Assembly (NCBI GenBank): GCA_044222185.1
Contig: JBGANV010000001.1
Coordinates: forward strand, 640,001-704,000
Length of the DNA: 64,000 nt
Source: Planctomycetota bacterium
GTDB lineage: Bacteria; Planctomycetota; GCA-002687715; CAIWVZ01
Direction of reading: 5' to 3'
The notes beneath the pieces were generated by a model, which was given only the letters and a program-made list of their open reading frames with translations, had not been told where the DNA came from and searched no databases. A program made the translations under genes and the position numbers. Shown here piece after piece: positions 1 through 9,943 of this stretch; the first letter of the stretch is position 1; every line of letters begins with the position of its first letter.

Positions 1-642
1 CGACTCCTCGTGACCGATGGCGACCTCGTGCTCGAGGCAGGGTTCGGCGCCGCGGTTCCGTCGGGCGTCGCCCTCATCGCGGGGACGGGAAGCCTGGCCC
101 TCGCTCGGGATCGCGTTGGCCGAAGCGTGCGCGCGGGCGGCTTCGGCCCGGTCCTCGGCGACGAGGGTGGAGGCCACTGGATCGGCATCGAGGCCCTGAA
201 GTCGGGGTTGCGATCCCTCGAGGGCGGGTCGCGGACGGCGCTCTGCGAGGCGCTCGACCAATCGATCGGCGTCGGTGGTGTGGCGACGGCTCCAGCGCGG
301 ATGTCGGCGGGCGAAATCCGACCCTCGATGCTCGCTCCCGTCGTCTGCAGTCTCGCCGATTCGGGGGACGCCGAGGCACTGGCGATCGTTCGCCGCGCGG
401 CGGCCGAGCTCGCGGCGCTCGTGGCACGCGCCGCACGCCTGGCCGGATTGCCGACGCCGTTCGACGTGGTCGCGACCGGGGGCGTGGTGTGCGGTTGCGG
501 TGCGCTCCGCGCGGAACTCACCCGCGACGTCACCGCGGCGGGCGCCCTGACGCTGCGCCTCTTCGGCGACGTGACGGACGCCGCGGTGACACGCGCGCGG
601 GCCGCGTGCGTCGCCGGAGCGCCTGTCCCCCTCGACTGGTAG
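1..642 (+). CDS. BadF/BadG/BcrA/BcrD-type sugar kinase (N-acetylglucosamine kinase-like), 5' end outside the window
   Basis: Motifs TDGD, IAGTGS, GGFGPVLGDEGGGHWIG, TGGV; frame is open back to base 1. Confidence 0.85.
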   Translation, partial: RLLVTDGDLVLEAGFGAAVPSGVALIAGTGSLALARDRVGRSVRAGGFGPVLGDEGGGHWIGIEALKSGLRSLEGGSRTALCEALDQSIGVGGVATAPARMSAGEIRPSMLAPVVCSLADSGDAEALAIVRRAAAELAALVARAARLAGLPTPFDVVATGGVVCGCGALRAELTRDVTAAGALTLRLFGDVTDAAVTRARAACVAGAPVPLDW

Positions 643-671
643 GTTCCCCCGATCGTGAAAGGAACGCACTG

Positions 672-3020
672 ATGGGGGTCGATGGCTTCCTGGACCTGCT
701 CCGTTCGGACCCGGCGCTGAAGGACCAGGTGACGGCGTGGCGCGCGGTCGACGGACGAGCCGGTGTCTTCGCGTCGTTTCCGGACGGCGTCCCTGCGCGC
801 GTGCGCGGCGTGCTCGAGTCGCGGGGCATCACGCGGCTGTACGAGCATCAGGCTCGGGCTTGCGATCACGCGTTGCGGGGCGAACACGTCCTCCTCGTCA
901 CGCCGACGGCGTCTGGAAAGAGCCTGGGATACAACCTCCCGGTCGTGTCCGACATCGTTCGGGCACGAGAGAACGGTGAGGCTCCGCCGACCGCGCTCTA
1001 TCTCTTTCCGACGAAGGCACTGTCCCAGGATCAGGTGGCGGAGCTTCGGGCGCTCTCGGCCCAGCTGTCGGACGTCGTCGGCGCCCACACCTACGACGGC
1101 GACACGCCTCCCGACGAGCGACGCATCGCTCGCGACATGAGCGACATCCTCGTGACCAACCCCTACATGCTCCACGTGGGGATCCTGCCCAACCATGCTC
1201 GCTGGGTGCAGTTCTTCCGGCGCCTCAAGTACGTCGTCATCGATGAGCTGCACGTCTACCGGGGCGTCTTCGGATCGTCGGTCGCGAACGTCCTGCGCCG
1301 CCTGAAACGCATCGCGCGATACCACGGCGCATCGCCCACGTTCATCGCGTGCTCCGCCACCATCCGGGAACCGGCCGCCCATTTCGAACGGATGGTCGAG
1401 GAGCGCCCCGTGCTCGTCGATCGGAGCGGAGCGCCGTGTGCCGAGCGGCACCACGTTTTCTACAACCCGCCCGTCGTGAATCCGGCGCTCGGCATTCGGG
1501 CGCGAGCGGTCGACCACGTGCGGGCGTTGGGACGCCGCCTGCTCGAACTGGGCGTGCCCTCGATCATCTTCGGGCGGAGCCGCAGCGGCGTCGAAGTCAT
1601 CACCAAGTACCTGCGTGACGCGGCGGCCGAGCTGTCGATCCCGGCGAGTGCCGTCGCGAGCTACCGCGGCGGTTATCTGCCCGACCTGCGACGCGAGATC
1701 GAGCGTGGATTGCGGGCCGGGACCATTCGCATGGTCGCCGCCACGAACGCGCTCGAGCTCGGCGTCGACATCGGTTCGCTCGACGTCGTGGTGATGATGG
1801 GGTATCCGGGAACGGTGGCGTCCTACCACCAGCAGGCAGGGCGTGCCGGCCGGCGATCGGGCAGCTCCGCGGCCGTGCTCGTGGGAACCTCGCTGCCGCT
1901 CGACCAGTACGTGCTCTCGGATCCGGACATGGTGATCGGCGGACGCACGGAGGCGCCCGTGATCAATCCGGACAACCTCGTGCTCCTATCCCATCACATG
2001 AAGTGCGCGGCGTTCGAGCTGCCATTCCACGTCGGGGATTCGTTCGGTCGGGCGCCCGAGGCTCCGGGACTCCTCCAGTACCTGGCTGGCGAGGGTGGCG
2101 CGCTGATCGAGCGCGACGGGCGGTACCACTGGATGGCGGAGGCCTATCCAGCCCAGGATGTGAGCCTGGACTTCGTCGACTCCGAGTCCTTCGTCGTGCT
2201 CGATGCCGAAAGCAACCGCTCTCTCGGGCTCGTCGATCGTGCCTCCGTGTCGACGACGATCCACGTGGGCGCGATCTATCAGCACCAGGGCGAGCAGTTC
2301 CACGTCGAGACGCTCGACTGGGAGGGGAAGCGCGCCTACGCGCGGCGCGCGAACATCGACTACTACACGGACGCGGAGACCGAAACGGACATCCAGGTAC
2401 TCACGGAGGACATGCGAGAGGAGTCGGCGCTCGCCGTGGAGGGCCGCGGCGACGTGCACATCACGACCCTCGCGACCGTGTTCAAACGCATCCGGTTCTA
2501 CACGAACGAGAATCTCGAGTCGGGGAAGATCGAGCTTCCGCCGGAGGAGATGGACACGACGGCTTTCTGGATCGCGCTGTCGCCGCCGCTCGTTGCCGGC
2601 GCACGCCTGCTCGACACGACGCGCGCCGGCGCCTTGCCGGGCCTCGCGCGTCTCTTCCGCGGATTGGCGCCGCTGTTCCTGAAGTCGAGCCCCAGTGACC
2701 TGCGGGGGACGGGCGAGATCCTCAACGATCATTTCGAGCGTCCAGCGATCGTGCTCTACGACGCCGTCGCGGGCGGCATCGGTCTCGCGGAGAAGCTGCT
2801 CGAGCATCGCTGGCTTCTGTACGAAGCCGGGCTCAAGCGGCTCTCCGAATGCCCGTGCAGGCTCGGGTGTCCGGCGTGCATCGGGCTGAACCGCGGCGGG
2901 GCCGAGGCGAAAGACGCAGCGCTCGCCGTTCTCGAAATCCTGCTTGGTCGAAGAAAGGTCCCGACCCAGGTGCCGTCGACCACCGCCGCCGCCGCGATGG
3001 GAAACCATGGCCGGCGTTGA
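672..3020 (+). CDS. mrfA: DEAD/DEAH-box helicase with C-terminal DUF1998 (MrfA/YprA/Hrq1-like)
   Basis: TPTASGKS, PTKALSQDQ, YDGDT, DELH, SAT, ATNALELGVDIG, QQAGRAGR, C-terminal CPC-x2-GCPAC; ATG at 672; overlaps the downstream YprB-like gene. Confidence 0.9.
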   Translation: MGVDGFLDLLRSDPALKDQVTAWRAVDGRAGVFASFPDGVPARVRGVLESRGITRLYEHQARACDHALRGEHVLLVTPTASGKSLGYNLPVVSDIVRARENGEAPPTALYLFPTKALSQDQVAELRALSAQLSDVVGAHTYDGDTPPDERRIARDMSDILVTNPYMLHVGILPNHARWVQFFRRLKYVVIDELHVYRGVFGSSVANVLRRLKRIARYHGASPTFIACSATIREPAAHFERMVEERPVLVDRSGAPCAERHHVFYNPPVVNPALGIRARAVDHVRALGRRLLELGVPSIIFGRSRSGVEVITKYLRDAAAELSIPASAVASYRGGYLPDLRREIERGLRAGTIRMVAATNALELGVDIGSLDVVVMMGYPGTVASYHQQAGRAGRRSGSSAAVLVGTSLPLDQYVLSDPDMVIGGRTEAPVINPDNLVLLSHHMKCAAFELPFHVGDSFGRAPEAPGLLQYLAGEGGALIERDGRYHWMAEAYPAQDVSLDFVDSESFVVLDAESNRSLGLVDRASVSTTIHVGAIYQHQGEQFHVETLDWEGKRAYARRANIDYYTDAETETDIQVLTEDMREESALAVEGRGDVHITTLATVFKRIRFYTNENLESGKIELPPEEMDTTAFWIALSPPLVAGARLLDTTRAGALPGLARLFRGLAPLFLKSSPSDLRGTGEILNDHFERPAIVLYDAVAGGIGLAEKLLEHRWLLYEAGLKRLSECPCRLGCPACIGLNRGGAEAKDAALAVLEILLGRRKVPTQVPSTTAAAAMGNHGRR

Positions 3021-4164
3021 TCCCAGGTTGCTCGATCGTCTGGGCCGGTTGGGAATCAGTCGGAACCAAGCGGCGAAGCCCGCGTTTGGTGGGGCACCCC
3101 GGGCGACGACGTTCCCCGCAGGGTCCGACCCTGTCGGCGTGCCGTCGCTGGCGGGGCCGAAGCCAGCATGTGGAACGCCGGCGCCGCTCCCCGGAACGAT
3201 CGAGCGCCGGCCCGAGGGGCCTTGGCGCGTGGCCCAGGCACGGATCGAGCGGGATCACCCCCACCGTCTCGCGTGCGATCCACGCGGGGCGGCGATCCAG
3301 GAGCTCGCGGCCGCTGCGGCGGCAAGAGACCCGCGCCTCGTCGGGATCCCACTGCGGGACTGGTTGTTTCTCGACACCGAGACGACCTCCCTCAACTCGG
3401 GCGCCGGAGTCTGGGTGTTCCTGGTCGGGATGGGATGGTTCGACGGGGAGACGTTCGTCGTCCGGCAGGAGATGATGCTCGGCCCGGAGTCCGAGCGACC
3501 GTTGCTCGCGTCGGTGGGGGAGCGCGTCGATCGGGCGGGAGCCATCGTGACGTTCCACGGGAAGTCTTTCGACGTGCCGCGACTCGCCGATCGGTTTCAG
3601 CTCTCCGGGATGGCCTCGCCATTCGCTGGGAAGCCCCATTGGGACCTCATTCACGTCGTGCGGCGCATATTTCGCCGCACCTGGCCCGATTGTCGGCTGG
3701 CGACGGCGGAGGCGCGCCTCCTGGGGGTGGTGCGCGAGGACGACCTGCCGGGCGCTCTCTGCCCGGACGCGTACTTCGCCTATCTGCGGGGCCGGCCCAA
3801 TCGATTGCCGGACGTGTTCCGGCACAACCTGCTCGACGTCGTCAGCCTGGCAACTGCCGCGGAACGGCTCGCGGGGGCTTACGGCGGTGACGCTGCGGGA
3901 GTGGGGGCGCTCTGGGCCGGTATCGACTGGGCCCAGGCGGGCGAGCCTGACCGGGCCCGGGACCTGTTCTCCAGCTGCCTGGAGTTCCCCGGACTCCTCC
4001 CACCGCATCTCCTCCGGGTGGCGGCGCGGTCCTGCCGTACGACGGGCGCGGCGGAATTGGGCCTCCGGTTGCGGGCCCGTGCCAGGTCCGAGGCGTGCCG
4101 CAGCGGGGCTTCGCCGTCGGCCGGCGCGGTTGCGGCCGTGCCAGCCGCCAGGCACTCTGAATAA
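3007..4164 (+). CDS. mrfB: YprB/MrfB-like RNase H-fold DEDD exonuclease
   Basis: FLDTETT, TFHGKSFD, HWDL, HNLLDV; classic pairing with an MrfA helicase; ATG at 3007. Confidence 0.82.
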   Translation: MAGVDPRLLDRLGRLGISRNQAAKPAFGGAPRATTFPAGSDPVGVPSLAGPKPACGTPAPLPGTIERRPEGPWRVAQARIERDHPHRLACDPRGAAIQELAAAAAARDPRLVGIPLRDWLFLDTETTSLNSGAGVWVFLVGMGWFDGETFVVRQEMMLGPESERPLLASVGERVDRAGAIVTFHGKSFDVPRLADRFQLSGMASPFAGKPHWDLIHVVRRIFRRTWPDCRLATAEARLLGVVREDDLPGALCPDAYFAYLRGRPNRLPDVFRHNLLDVVSLATAAERLAGAYGGDAAGVGALWAGIDWAQAGEPDRARDLFSSCLEFPGLLPPHLLRVAARSCRTTGAAELGLRLRARARSEACRSGASPSAGAVAAVPAARHSE

Positions 4165-4365
4165 GCCTGGGGCGCGGCGCGTTCCACGTTGCGACCCGAT
4201 GCAGGTCGCGGATCCCATGGGGCACGCGGAAACCTCGGCTCGGACTTGCGTCAGGTCGCGAACTCCGCGCAATATCGGCGCCGACGGTTCGATTCAGCGG
4301 GTCCAACGGGGCTCATGCCGATATCGGAACGTGAGGGTCGGTTGACCCGACAAAGGAGATGTTGG

Positions 4366-5394
4366 ATGAAGCTGCCAAAGCTGGCTGCTCGTCAGGCACT
4401 CGTTGCCGCAGCCCTGCTCATGATGAGTTCAGGGGCGGTGGTGAGCGCCCAGACGTTGAAGGAAGGCGAGAAAGTCACGGAGGGATCCCTGCCTCCGTTC
4501 GCGTTGAACGACGATGGCCGCCGTGCGCTGACGGAATACGTCGGCAACGTCGTCCTCCTGGATTGGTGGGGGAATCATTGAGGGCCTTGCCTCGGCGGGA
4601 GCGTGCCTCACGCCATCAAGAGCGTCAATGAACACGGCAAGGACGGTCTGGTCGCGATCCTGATGGAGTCGCAGGGGTTGCCTGAAAGCGATCTCCTCGG
4701 CTTCATGATGAAGCGGTTCCCGACGAACAAGTGCATGATCACGCCCGGCAGCGGCCTGCACACCGACAAGCAGCCCGGATCGATTCCGTGGGCCGGCCTC
4801 GTCGGCGTCGACGGCACCCTCCTGCTTCAGGGAAACCCGAACGGGATGGTGAAGAAGTTCGACGACGCCATCGACGCGGAGCTGAAGAAGATCAAGACCG
4901 GTTGGGGCAAGAGCCCCGAGGTCAAGAAGGCTCGCGCGGCGATGTACGGCAAGGGCAACCTGGCCGACGCGGCACAGATCCTCGACGGCGCCGAGAAGCA
5001 GATCAAGGACGACGCGAAGGACGACTTCAACGCCGCCCGCGCCGAGCTCCAGGCCCGCTATGACATTCGAAAGAAGGGCATCAAGGCGGTGATGGAGACG
5101 GGACGGTTCCTGGAGGCGCAGAAGATGGCCCAGGACCTCGCCAAGGGCGTCAAGGGCAAGGCCGATTGGGAAACCGAGATGGCCGAAGCGCTGAAGGAGT
5201 TCGAGAAGCCCGAGGTCGACAAGGAAGTGAAGCTCGATCGCGAGCTCCAGAAGATCGTCGCGTCGATCGGCGACAAGGCTCCGACGGATGCTCACGCGTC
5301 TTCGTTCAAGGCGTTCGCGAAGAAGAACGCGGGAACGAAGGTCGGCGCGCGCGCCGAGGCCTATGCCGCTGCTGCGGTGTTCAAGCCGAAGTGA
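4366..5394 (+). CDS. Exported TlpA/peroxiredoxin-like thioredoxin-fold selenoprotein (UxxC, Sec codon 4579-4581) with Lys/Ala-rich helical C-terminal domain
   Basis: RBS AAGGAG then ATG 4366; signal peptide ending VVSA|Q; GNVVLLDWWGNH-TGA-GPC stays in frame with ORF 4603..5394; later GSIPWAGLVGVDG cis-Pro motif of the Trx fold. Confidence 0.85.
4594..4614 (+). promoter_or_regulatory. Candidate bacterial SECIS hairpin
   Basis: GGCG-G-GAG-[CGTGC]-CTC-A-CGCC; the loop begins ~21 nt after the UGA and has G at its second position. Confidence 0.55.
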
Positions 5395-5401
5395 CGTGCC
5401 T

Positions 5402-5420
5402 GCGTGACCTCGAGTCACGC
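5402..5420. promoter_or_regulatory. Inverted repeat GCGTGAC-N5-GTCACGC, candidate operator
   Basis: Intergenic; near-identical copy at 54805-54822. Confidence 0.35.
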
Positions 5421-5587
5421 CCAATCCGCGCCGTCCGCGTCAACCGCGTGCGGCGCGGTGTCGTTTTCGGGCCGATCGGACACGGATCGCGCCCCTCCGG
5501 CGCCGGGATGCGTTCGCGCCGCAGACATCGCTCCGTGGGCCGAGTACGATCAGCCGCTCACCCCCCGGGAATCCTCAGAGGTCCATC

Positions 5588-6994
5588 GTGCATCCACGCG
5601 TGCAACCCATGGCGGCGGCGATCACAGTCTTGTTCGCCGTCGTCGCCATCTCGCCGGCGCAGGGCGATCTCGCAGCGCAGTACCACGACACGGCGCAGAA
5701 GATCATCACGGCGGCGTTGCTGCGGAACGACGCCATGTCGATTCTCTCGCAACTGTGCGATGGATGCGGCAACCGCCTGTCCGGGTCGGTCGGACTTCAG
5801 AAGGCGGTGACCTGGGGCGAAGGTGCCATGAAGGCGGCGGGGCTCGTGAACGTGCGCACGGAGAAGGTGATGGTTCCGCACTGGGAGCGCGGCTCCCAAA
5901 AGGTGGAACTGCTGACGCCGAGACGCACCGAGCTTCCATGCCTCGCACTTGGCGGATCCGTGGGAACGGTAGCCGGGGGCATCGAGGCTGACGTCCTCGT
6001 GGTGAAGAGCTTCGCCGAGCTCGACTCGAAGAGCCCGGAGTCGGTGAAGGGGCGCATCGTCGTCTTCAACGTTCCCTACGAGGGGTATGGGAAGACCGTC
6101 CAGTACCGCGCGACCGGCGCCTCACGCGCGGCGAAGCTCGGCGCGGTGGCCGTACTCGTGCGCTCGGCCGGGCACGGCGGGGTTCGCACGCCGCACACGG
6201 GCGCAGTCTCGTACCAGGATGGGGTACCCAAGATTCCCGCCGCCGCCCTCGCCGCTGAAGACACCGCCATGCTCGGGCGCCTCGCGCAAGGCGAGACACC
6301 CGTTCGCATCCGCATCGAACTGGGGTGTCGTCAGCTGCCTGATGCGGAATCGGCGAACGTGATCGGCGAGCTGGTCGGACGGGAGCTTCCGTCGGAGGTC
6401 GTCGTCATCGGCGGCCACCTCGACAGCTGGGACGTGGGGCAGGGCGCCCAGGACGACGGTGGAGGCTGTGCCAGCACGCTGGAGGCCGTGGCCCTGATCA
6501 AGCGGCTCGATCTGAAACCGCGGCGCACGATCCGTGTCGTATGGTTCACGAACGAGGAGAACGGCGCGCGCGGCGCAGCCGCGTACTTCGATGCCCACCG
6601 AAGCGAGATCGGGAATCATGTGGCGGCCATCGAGAGCGACGGCGGCATCGAGAAGCTGACAGGGTTCGGGATCCAATTCGGGGAACGCCGCGACGGCCAG
6701 GACGTGCCCGAGTCGCGCAAGGCCAGCCTGGAGACGTTCCGCAGCCTGGCCTCGCTGCTCGCGACCTTGAACGCCTCCGAGGTCAAGACGACGGGCGGCG
6801 GCGTGGACGTGGGGCCGTTGATGAGGACGGGCGTGCCGGGGCTCAGCCCGTCGACCACTGGCGAACGCTACTTCGAATGGCACCACACGGAGGGCGACAC
6901 CGTCGACAAGATCGACCCCTCCGTGATGGACTCGCACGTGGCTGCGCTCGCCGTGGTTGCTTTCGTCCTGGCCGACATGCCCGGCAGGCTCTGA
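5588..6994 (+). CDS. M28 family metallopeptidase (carboxypeptidase Q-like, with PA domain), exported
   Basis: Signal peptide (SPA|Q); [24 protein letters not shown] zinc ligands; true start may be ATG 5609. Confidence 0.9.
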   Translation: MHPRVQPMAAAITVLFAVVAISPAQGDLAAQYHDTAQKIITAALLRNDAMSILSQLCDGCGNRLSGSVGLQKAVTWGEGAMKAAGLVNVRTEKVMVPHWERGSQKVELLTPRRTELPCLALGGSVGTVAGGIEADVLVVKSFAELDSKSPESVKGRIVVFNVPYEGYGKTVQYRATGASRAAKLGAVAVLVRSAGHGGVRTPHTGAVSYQDGVPKIPAAALAAEDTAMLGRLAQGETPVRIRIELGCRQLPDAESANVIGELVGRELPSEVVVIGGHLDSWDVGQGAQDDGGGCASTLEAVALIKRLDLKPRRTIRVVWFTNEENGARGAAAYFDAHRSEIGNHVAAIESDGGIEKLTGFGIQFGERRDGQDVPESRKASLETFRSLASLLATLNASEVKTTGGGVDVGPLMRTGVPGLSPSTTGERYFEWHHTEGDTVDKIDPSVMDSHVAALAVVAFVLADMPGRL

Positions 6995-7122
6995 GCGTTC
7001 CATTTTTTGCCCGTGGCGGGTTGTCGGAGCGGAGGTCCCGGACACAATACCGGCACCTCGTTGACGCCGTTGGATCCGTGCAGCCAAGCGAGGCGGCGAC
7101 TGGAAAAAGGAAAGCGAGAATC

Positions 7123-7470
7123 ATGGCCTACGTAGTCACCAGATTGTGCGTGGACTGCATCAGCACCGAGTGCGTCGACGTCTGCCCCGTCGACTGCTTC
7201 TACAAGCCGGTGACACCGAGCGCCGACATCCCGAATTCTCTCTACATCTCGCCGAACGAGTGCATCGACTGCGCCGCGTGCGAGCCGGCCTGCCCGTGGG
7301 AGGCCATCTTCCAGGAAGGTTCGGTCCCGGCCGCCGCTCAGGACGACATCGCGCTCAACAAGCGCGTGGACGACGAGCGCGACAGCTTCGAGACGGCTGA
7401 GTACGTCTCCAAGCAGAACCCCGGCCCGGACGAGGTCGCGGCGAACAAGAAGAAGTGGGGAATGGGCTGA
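7123..7470 (+). CDS. fdxA: Dicluster (7Fe-type) ferredoxin
   Basis: [12 protein letters not shown]...[10 protein letters not shown]...[18 protein letters not shown]; purine-rich RBS. Confidence 0.92.
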   Translation: MAYVVTRLCVDCISTECVDVCPVDCFYKPVTPSADIPNSLYISPNECIDCAACEPACPWEAIFQEGSVPAAAQDDIALNKRVDDERDSFETAEYVSKQNPGPDEVAANKKKWGMG

Positions 7471-7494
7471 GACCGGTTCCTGTCGCCTGACGAC

Positions 7495-7535
7495 GAGCCC
7501 GGAGTGCCGCGCTGGCGGTCCCGGGCTCTTCTTCT
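7495..7535 (+). terminator. Intrinsic terminator after the ferredoxin gene
   Basis: GAGCCCGG...CCGGGCTC stem followed by TTCTTCT. Confidence 0.6.
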
Positions 7536-7668
7536 GTCCGGTGCGGTCGGGAGACGTGTGCAGGAGAGGGCTCGCCTTGCCCCTGGCAGAGGTCGGGGTG
7601 AAATCCTTAAACTCCGTCACGAAGTACGAGGCCTCGGGCGACATCGTCGCGGCCTGAGTGACTTTGCG

Positions 7669-8964
7669 ATGGATCACCGCACGACCCTGCTGTGGATGGT
7701 TCTGGCGACTGGCATCCTGCTGCGCCCGACGAACGCTCAGTTCGCGCAGACGCTGCCGGCCGGTCTCGAAGCCGTGGACGGAAACGCGTCCACGGGGTTC
7801 CCGTTCGGCACTGCGTCGACGCACATCTGGCACTGGATCTACGACGCCGCGAACTTCTCCGCGACAGGTCCCATCGTCATCACCTCGTTGGCGATCCGCC
7901 CTGATGCCGGCACGGTGACGACGTCGGCCGCATTCCAGAACGTCGAGATCCGCATGGCCTCGGCGACCGTCGATTGGGCGACCACCTTCCCAAACGCCCA
8001 GACGTTTTCCTCGAACGTCGGGCCGGACGTCACGACCGTCTTCTCCGGCGCGGTCACCATTCCGAGCGGGCTCACGGGCGGGCCCACGGCCTGGATCCCC
8101 ATACCGGTGTCGCCGTTCACGTTCGATCCGAGCGCGGGGAACGACTTCATCATCCAGGTGAGGACGCCCGGCCCGGGCAACGCATTCGCGATGACGACCG
8201 ACGGCCACAACAACGGGAACTCGACGCGCTACGGGCACACGTCGATCGCGACGTCACCAACGTCGAACTTCAGCAACCTCGCGTTCGTGCCGGTGGTCCG
8301 GATCGAGTACCACCCCGCAGTGGGGCTATTCCCCGACTTCCTGGCGACGCCGACGAGCGGCACGGCGCCGCTCTCGGTCACATTCCAGGACACGAGCTAC
8401 ACGAGTGCGTTCGGCGGTTTGCAGTCGTGGGCCTGGGACTTCGATGGGGATTCAGTCGTGGATTCCCTCGTTCAGAACCCCACGTTCACCTATCTCGTGC
8501 CCGGGACATACTCCGTCACGCTCACGGTCACTGACGCGGCAGCAAACCAATCGTCGCACACGAAACAGGCATTCGTCGCCGTCGGGCAGTACCCGTTCAC
8601 GGTGGCCACGAGCGGGGGCGGGGCGGGCGACCTCGTGGTGACCCCGGTACCGCCGGCCGGGGCTCCGACCGCGACGCTCGGGTTCACGCTCGTCAGCTTC
8701 ACGCCGCCGCCCTCGGTCGGGACCGGAGTCTTGTTCGGGATCTTGCCGGATGCCGCGACGTTCTTCGTGCTCGGCAACCTGCCGACCGTCGGGAACCCGC
8801 TCGCGTACGTCGTCGCCCCAGGGTTCTACCCGAGCGTCCCCTTCAGCGTGGGTCCCGGGGCTTTCTCGAACCTCGCCGGCACGACAGCGGACTTCGTGCA
8901 GGTGGGGCTCACGCCGGGCTTCCAACTCGTCTTCTCGACGCCCGTCCAGCGCGTGACGTTCTGA
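7669..8964 (+). CDS. Exported PKD-domain protein with N-terminal beta-sandwich and C-terminal Pro/Gly-rich tail domain
   Basis: Signal peptide (TNA|Q); PKD signature SGTAPLSVTF...WAWDFDGD...NPTFTY..PGTYSVTLTV. Confidence 0.8.
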   Translation: MDHRTTLLWMVLATGILLRPTNAQFAQTLPAGLEAVDGNASTGFPFGTASTHIWHWIYDAANFSATGPIVITSLAIRPDAGTVTTSAAFQNVEIRMASATVDWATTFPNAQTFSSNVGPDVTTVFSGAVTIPSGLTGGPTAWIPIPVSPFTFDPSAGNDFIIQVRTPGPGNAFAMTTDGHNNGNSTRYGHTSIATSPTSNFSNLAFVPVVRIEYHPAVGLFPDFLATPTSGTAPLSVTFQDTSYTSAFGGLQSWAWDFDGDSVVDSLVQNPTFTYLVPGTYSVTLTVTDAAANQSSHTKQAFVAVGQYPFTVATSGGGAGDLVVTPVPPAGAPTATLGFTLVSFTPPPSVGTGVLFGILPDAATFFVLGNLPTVGNPLAYVVAPGFYPSVPFSVGPGAFSNLAGTTADFVQVGLTPGFQLVFSTPVQRVTF

Positions 8965-8965
8965 A

Positions 8966-9943
8966 TCACGCGGACCTCGAATGGCGGAGGCGGTCGAAAG
9001 CCACGGCTGCGACGATGATCAACCCGATGACGATCTCGTTCGCATACGTGGGGACGTCCGCGAGCGTGCAGCCGTTGCGCAGGACCGCCATCATCAACGC
9101 CCCGACCAGCGAACCGAGAACCGTCCCTTCACCGCCGGAGAGTGAGCCGCCTCCGATGACGACGGCCGCGATGATGTCGAGTTCCTCGCCGACTGCCGTG
9201 GTCGGGTCTCCCACGGTCAGTTCGCAAAACCGCATGACGCCCGCCAGCCCCGTCAGGAGTCCGGCGATGCCGTACACGAGGACGCGTGTGCGCGCGACAC
9301 GGATTCCGCAGAGGCGCGCCGTGGCCTCGTTCGAGCCGATCGCATAGGCGTGCGTACCGAGGACCGAGAACCGGAGCACGAAGACCATCAGCACCGCCAC
9401 GGCCACCGCGATCCACACGCCGGGGGCGAACCCGGATCCGGAAGTCGCCATCACGGACTCGAGCCACCCGGCCTTCACGTTCACGGTCTTCTCGTCGGCC
9501 AGGTACTTCGCGACGCCGCGAAAGACCCCGAGCGTCCCGAGCGTGACGATGAACGGCACGATCCTCAACCACGAGATCAGCAGGCCGTTGATGACGCCCA
9601 CCAGGCCACCGCTGGCCACGCCGCACAGCGCCGCGACGCCCGGTGAGAGGCCCTTGCGGATCGCGATCGCCGTGACGACTGTCGTCAGCGCGATCGACGA
9701 ACCGACGGAGAGATCGATCCCGCCGCTTGCAATGATCAGCGTCATGCCGATGGCGCCGATGGCGACGATGACCGTCTGTGCCGGGACGGTTCGCAGGTTG
9801 TCGAGCGAGAGGAACGTCTCGGGGCGCAAGATCGCGAAGAGAGTGAACACGAGGCCGAGGCTCAAGAACGGACCGACGACGCGCAGAAGCGTCGCGGCCC
9901 CGACACGTGCGCTCGATGGTTCCGACGCCGGCTGCGGGTTCAC
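8966..9943 (-). CDS. Monosaccharide ABC transporter permease (RbsC family)
   Basis: GGIDLSVGS, PFIVTLG, YAIGSNEATARLCGI, IAAVVIGG; GTG start overlaps the ATPase stop. Confidence 0.93.
   Translation of the reverse strand: MNPQPASEPSSARVGAATLLRVVGPFLSLGLVFTLFAILRPETFLSLDNLRTVPAQTVIVAIGAIGMTLIIASGGIDLSVGSSIALTTVVTAIAIRKGLSPGVAALCGVASGGLVGVINGLLISWLRIVPFIVTLGTLGVFRGVAKYLADEKTVNVKAGWLESVMATSGSGFAPGVWIAVAVAVLMVFVLRFSVLGTHAYAIGSNEATARLCGIRVARTRVLVYGIAGLLTGLAGVMRFCELTVGDPTTAVGEELDIIAAVVIGGGSLSGGEGTVLGSLVGALMMAVLRNGCTLADVPTYANEIVIGLIIVAAVAFDRLRHSRSA

Noticed and set aside
672-3020. DISARM (DrmB) or other defence system
   Set aside because: No drmA, methylase or nuclease partners; adjacency to a YprB exonuclease indicates MrfAB.
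4579-4581. Genome-wide TGA reassignment (code 4 or 25)
   Set aside because: Most genes here, including leuS, rpmB and rsfS, end at TGA, with many ATGA/GTGA overlaps.
7615-7644. Third copy of the CGTCAC promoter upstream of the PKD gene
   Set aside because: Shares CCGTCACGAA with 36911 but lacks CACAC at N15, so it is not counted; it might serve a related ECF.
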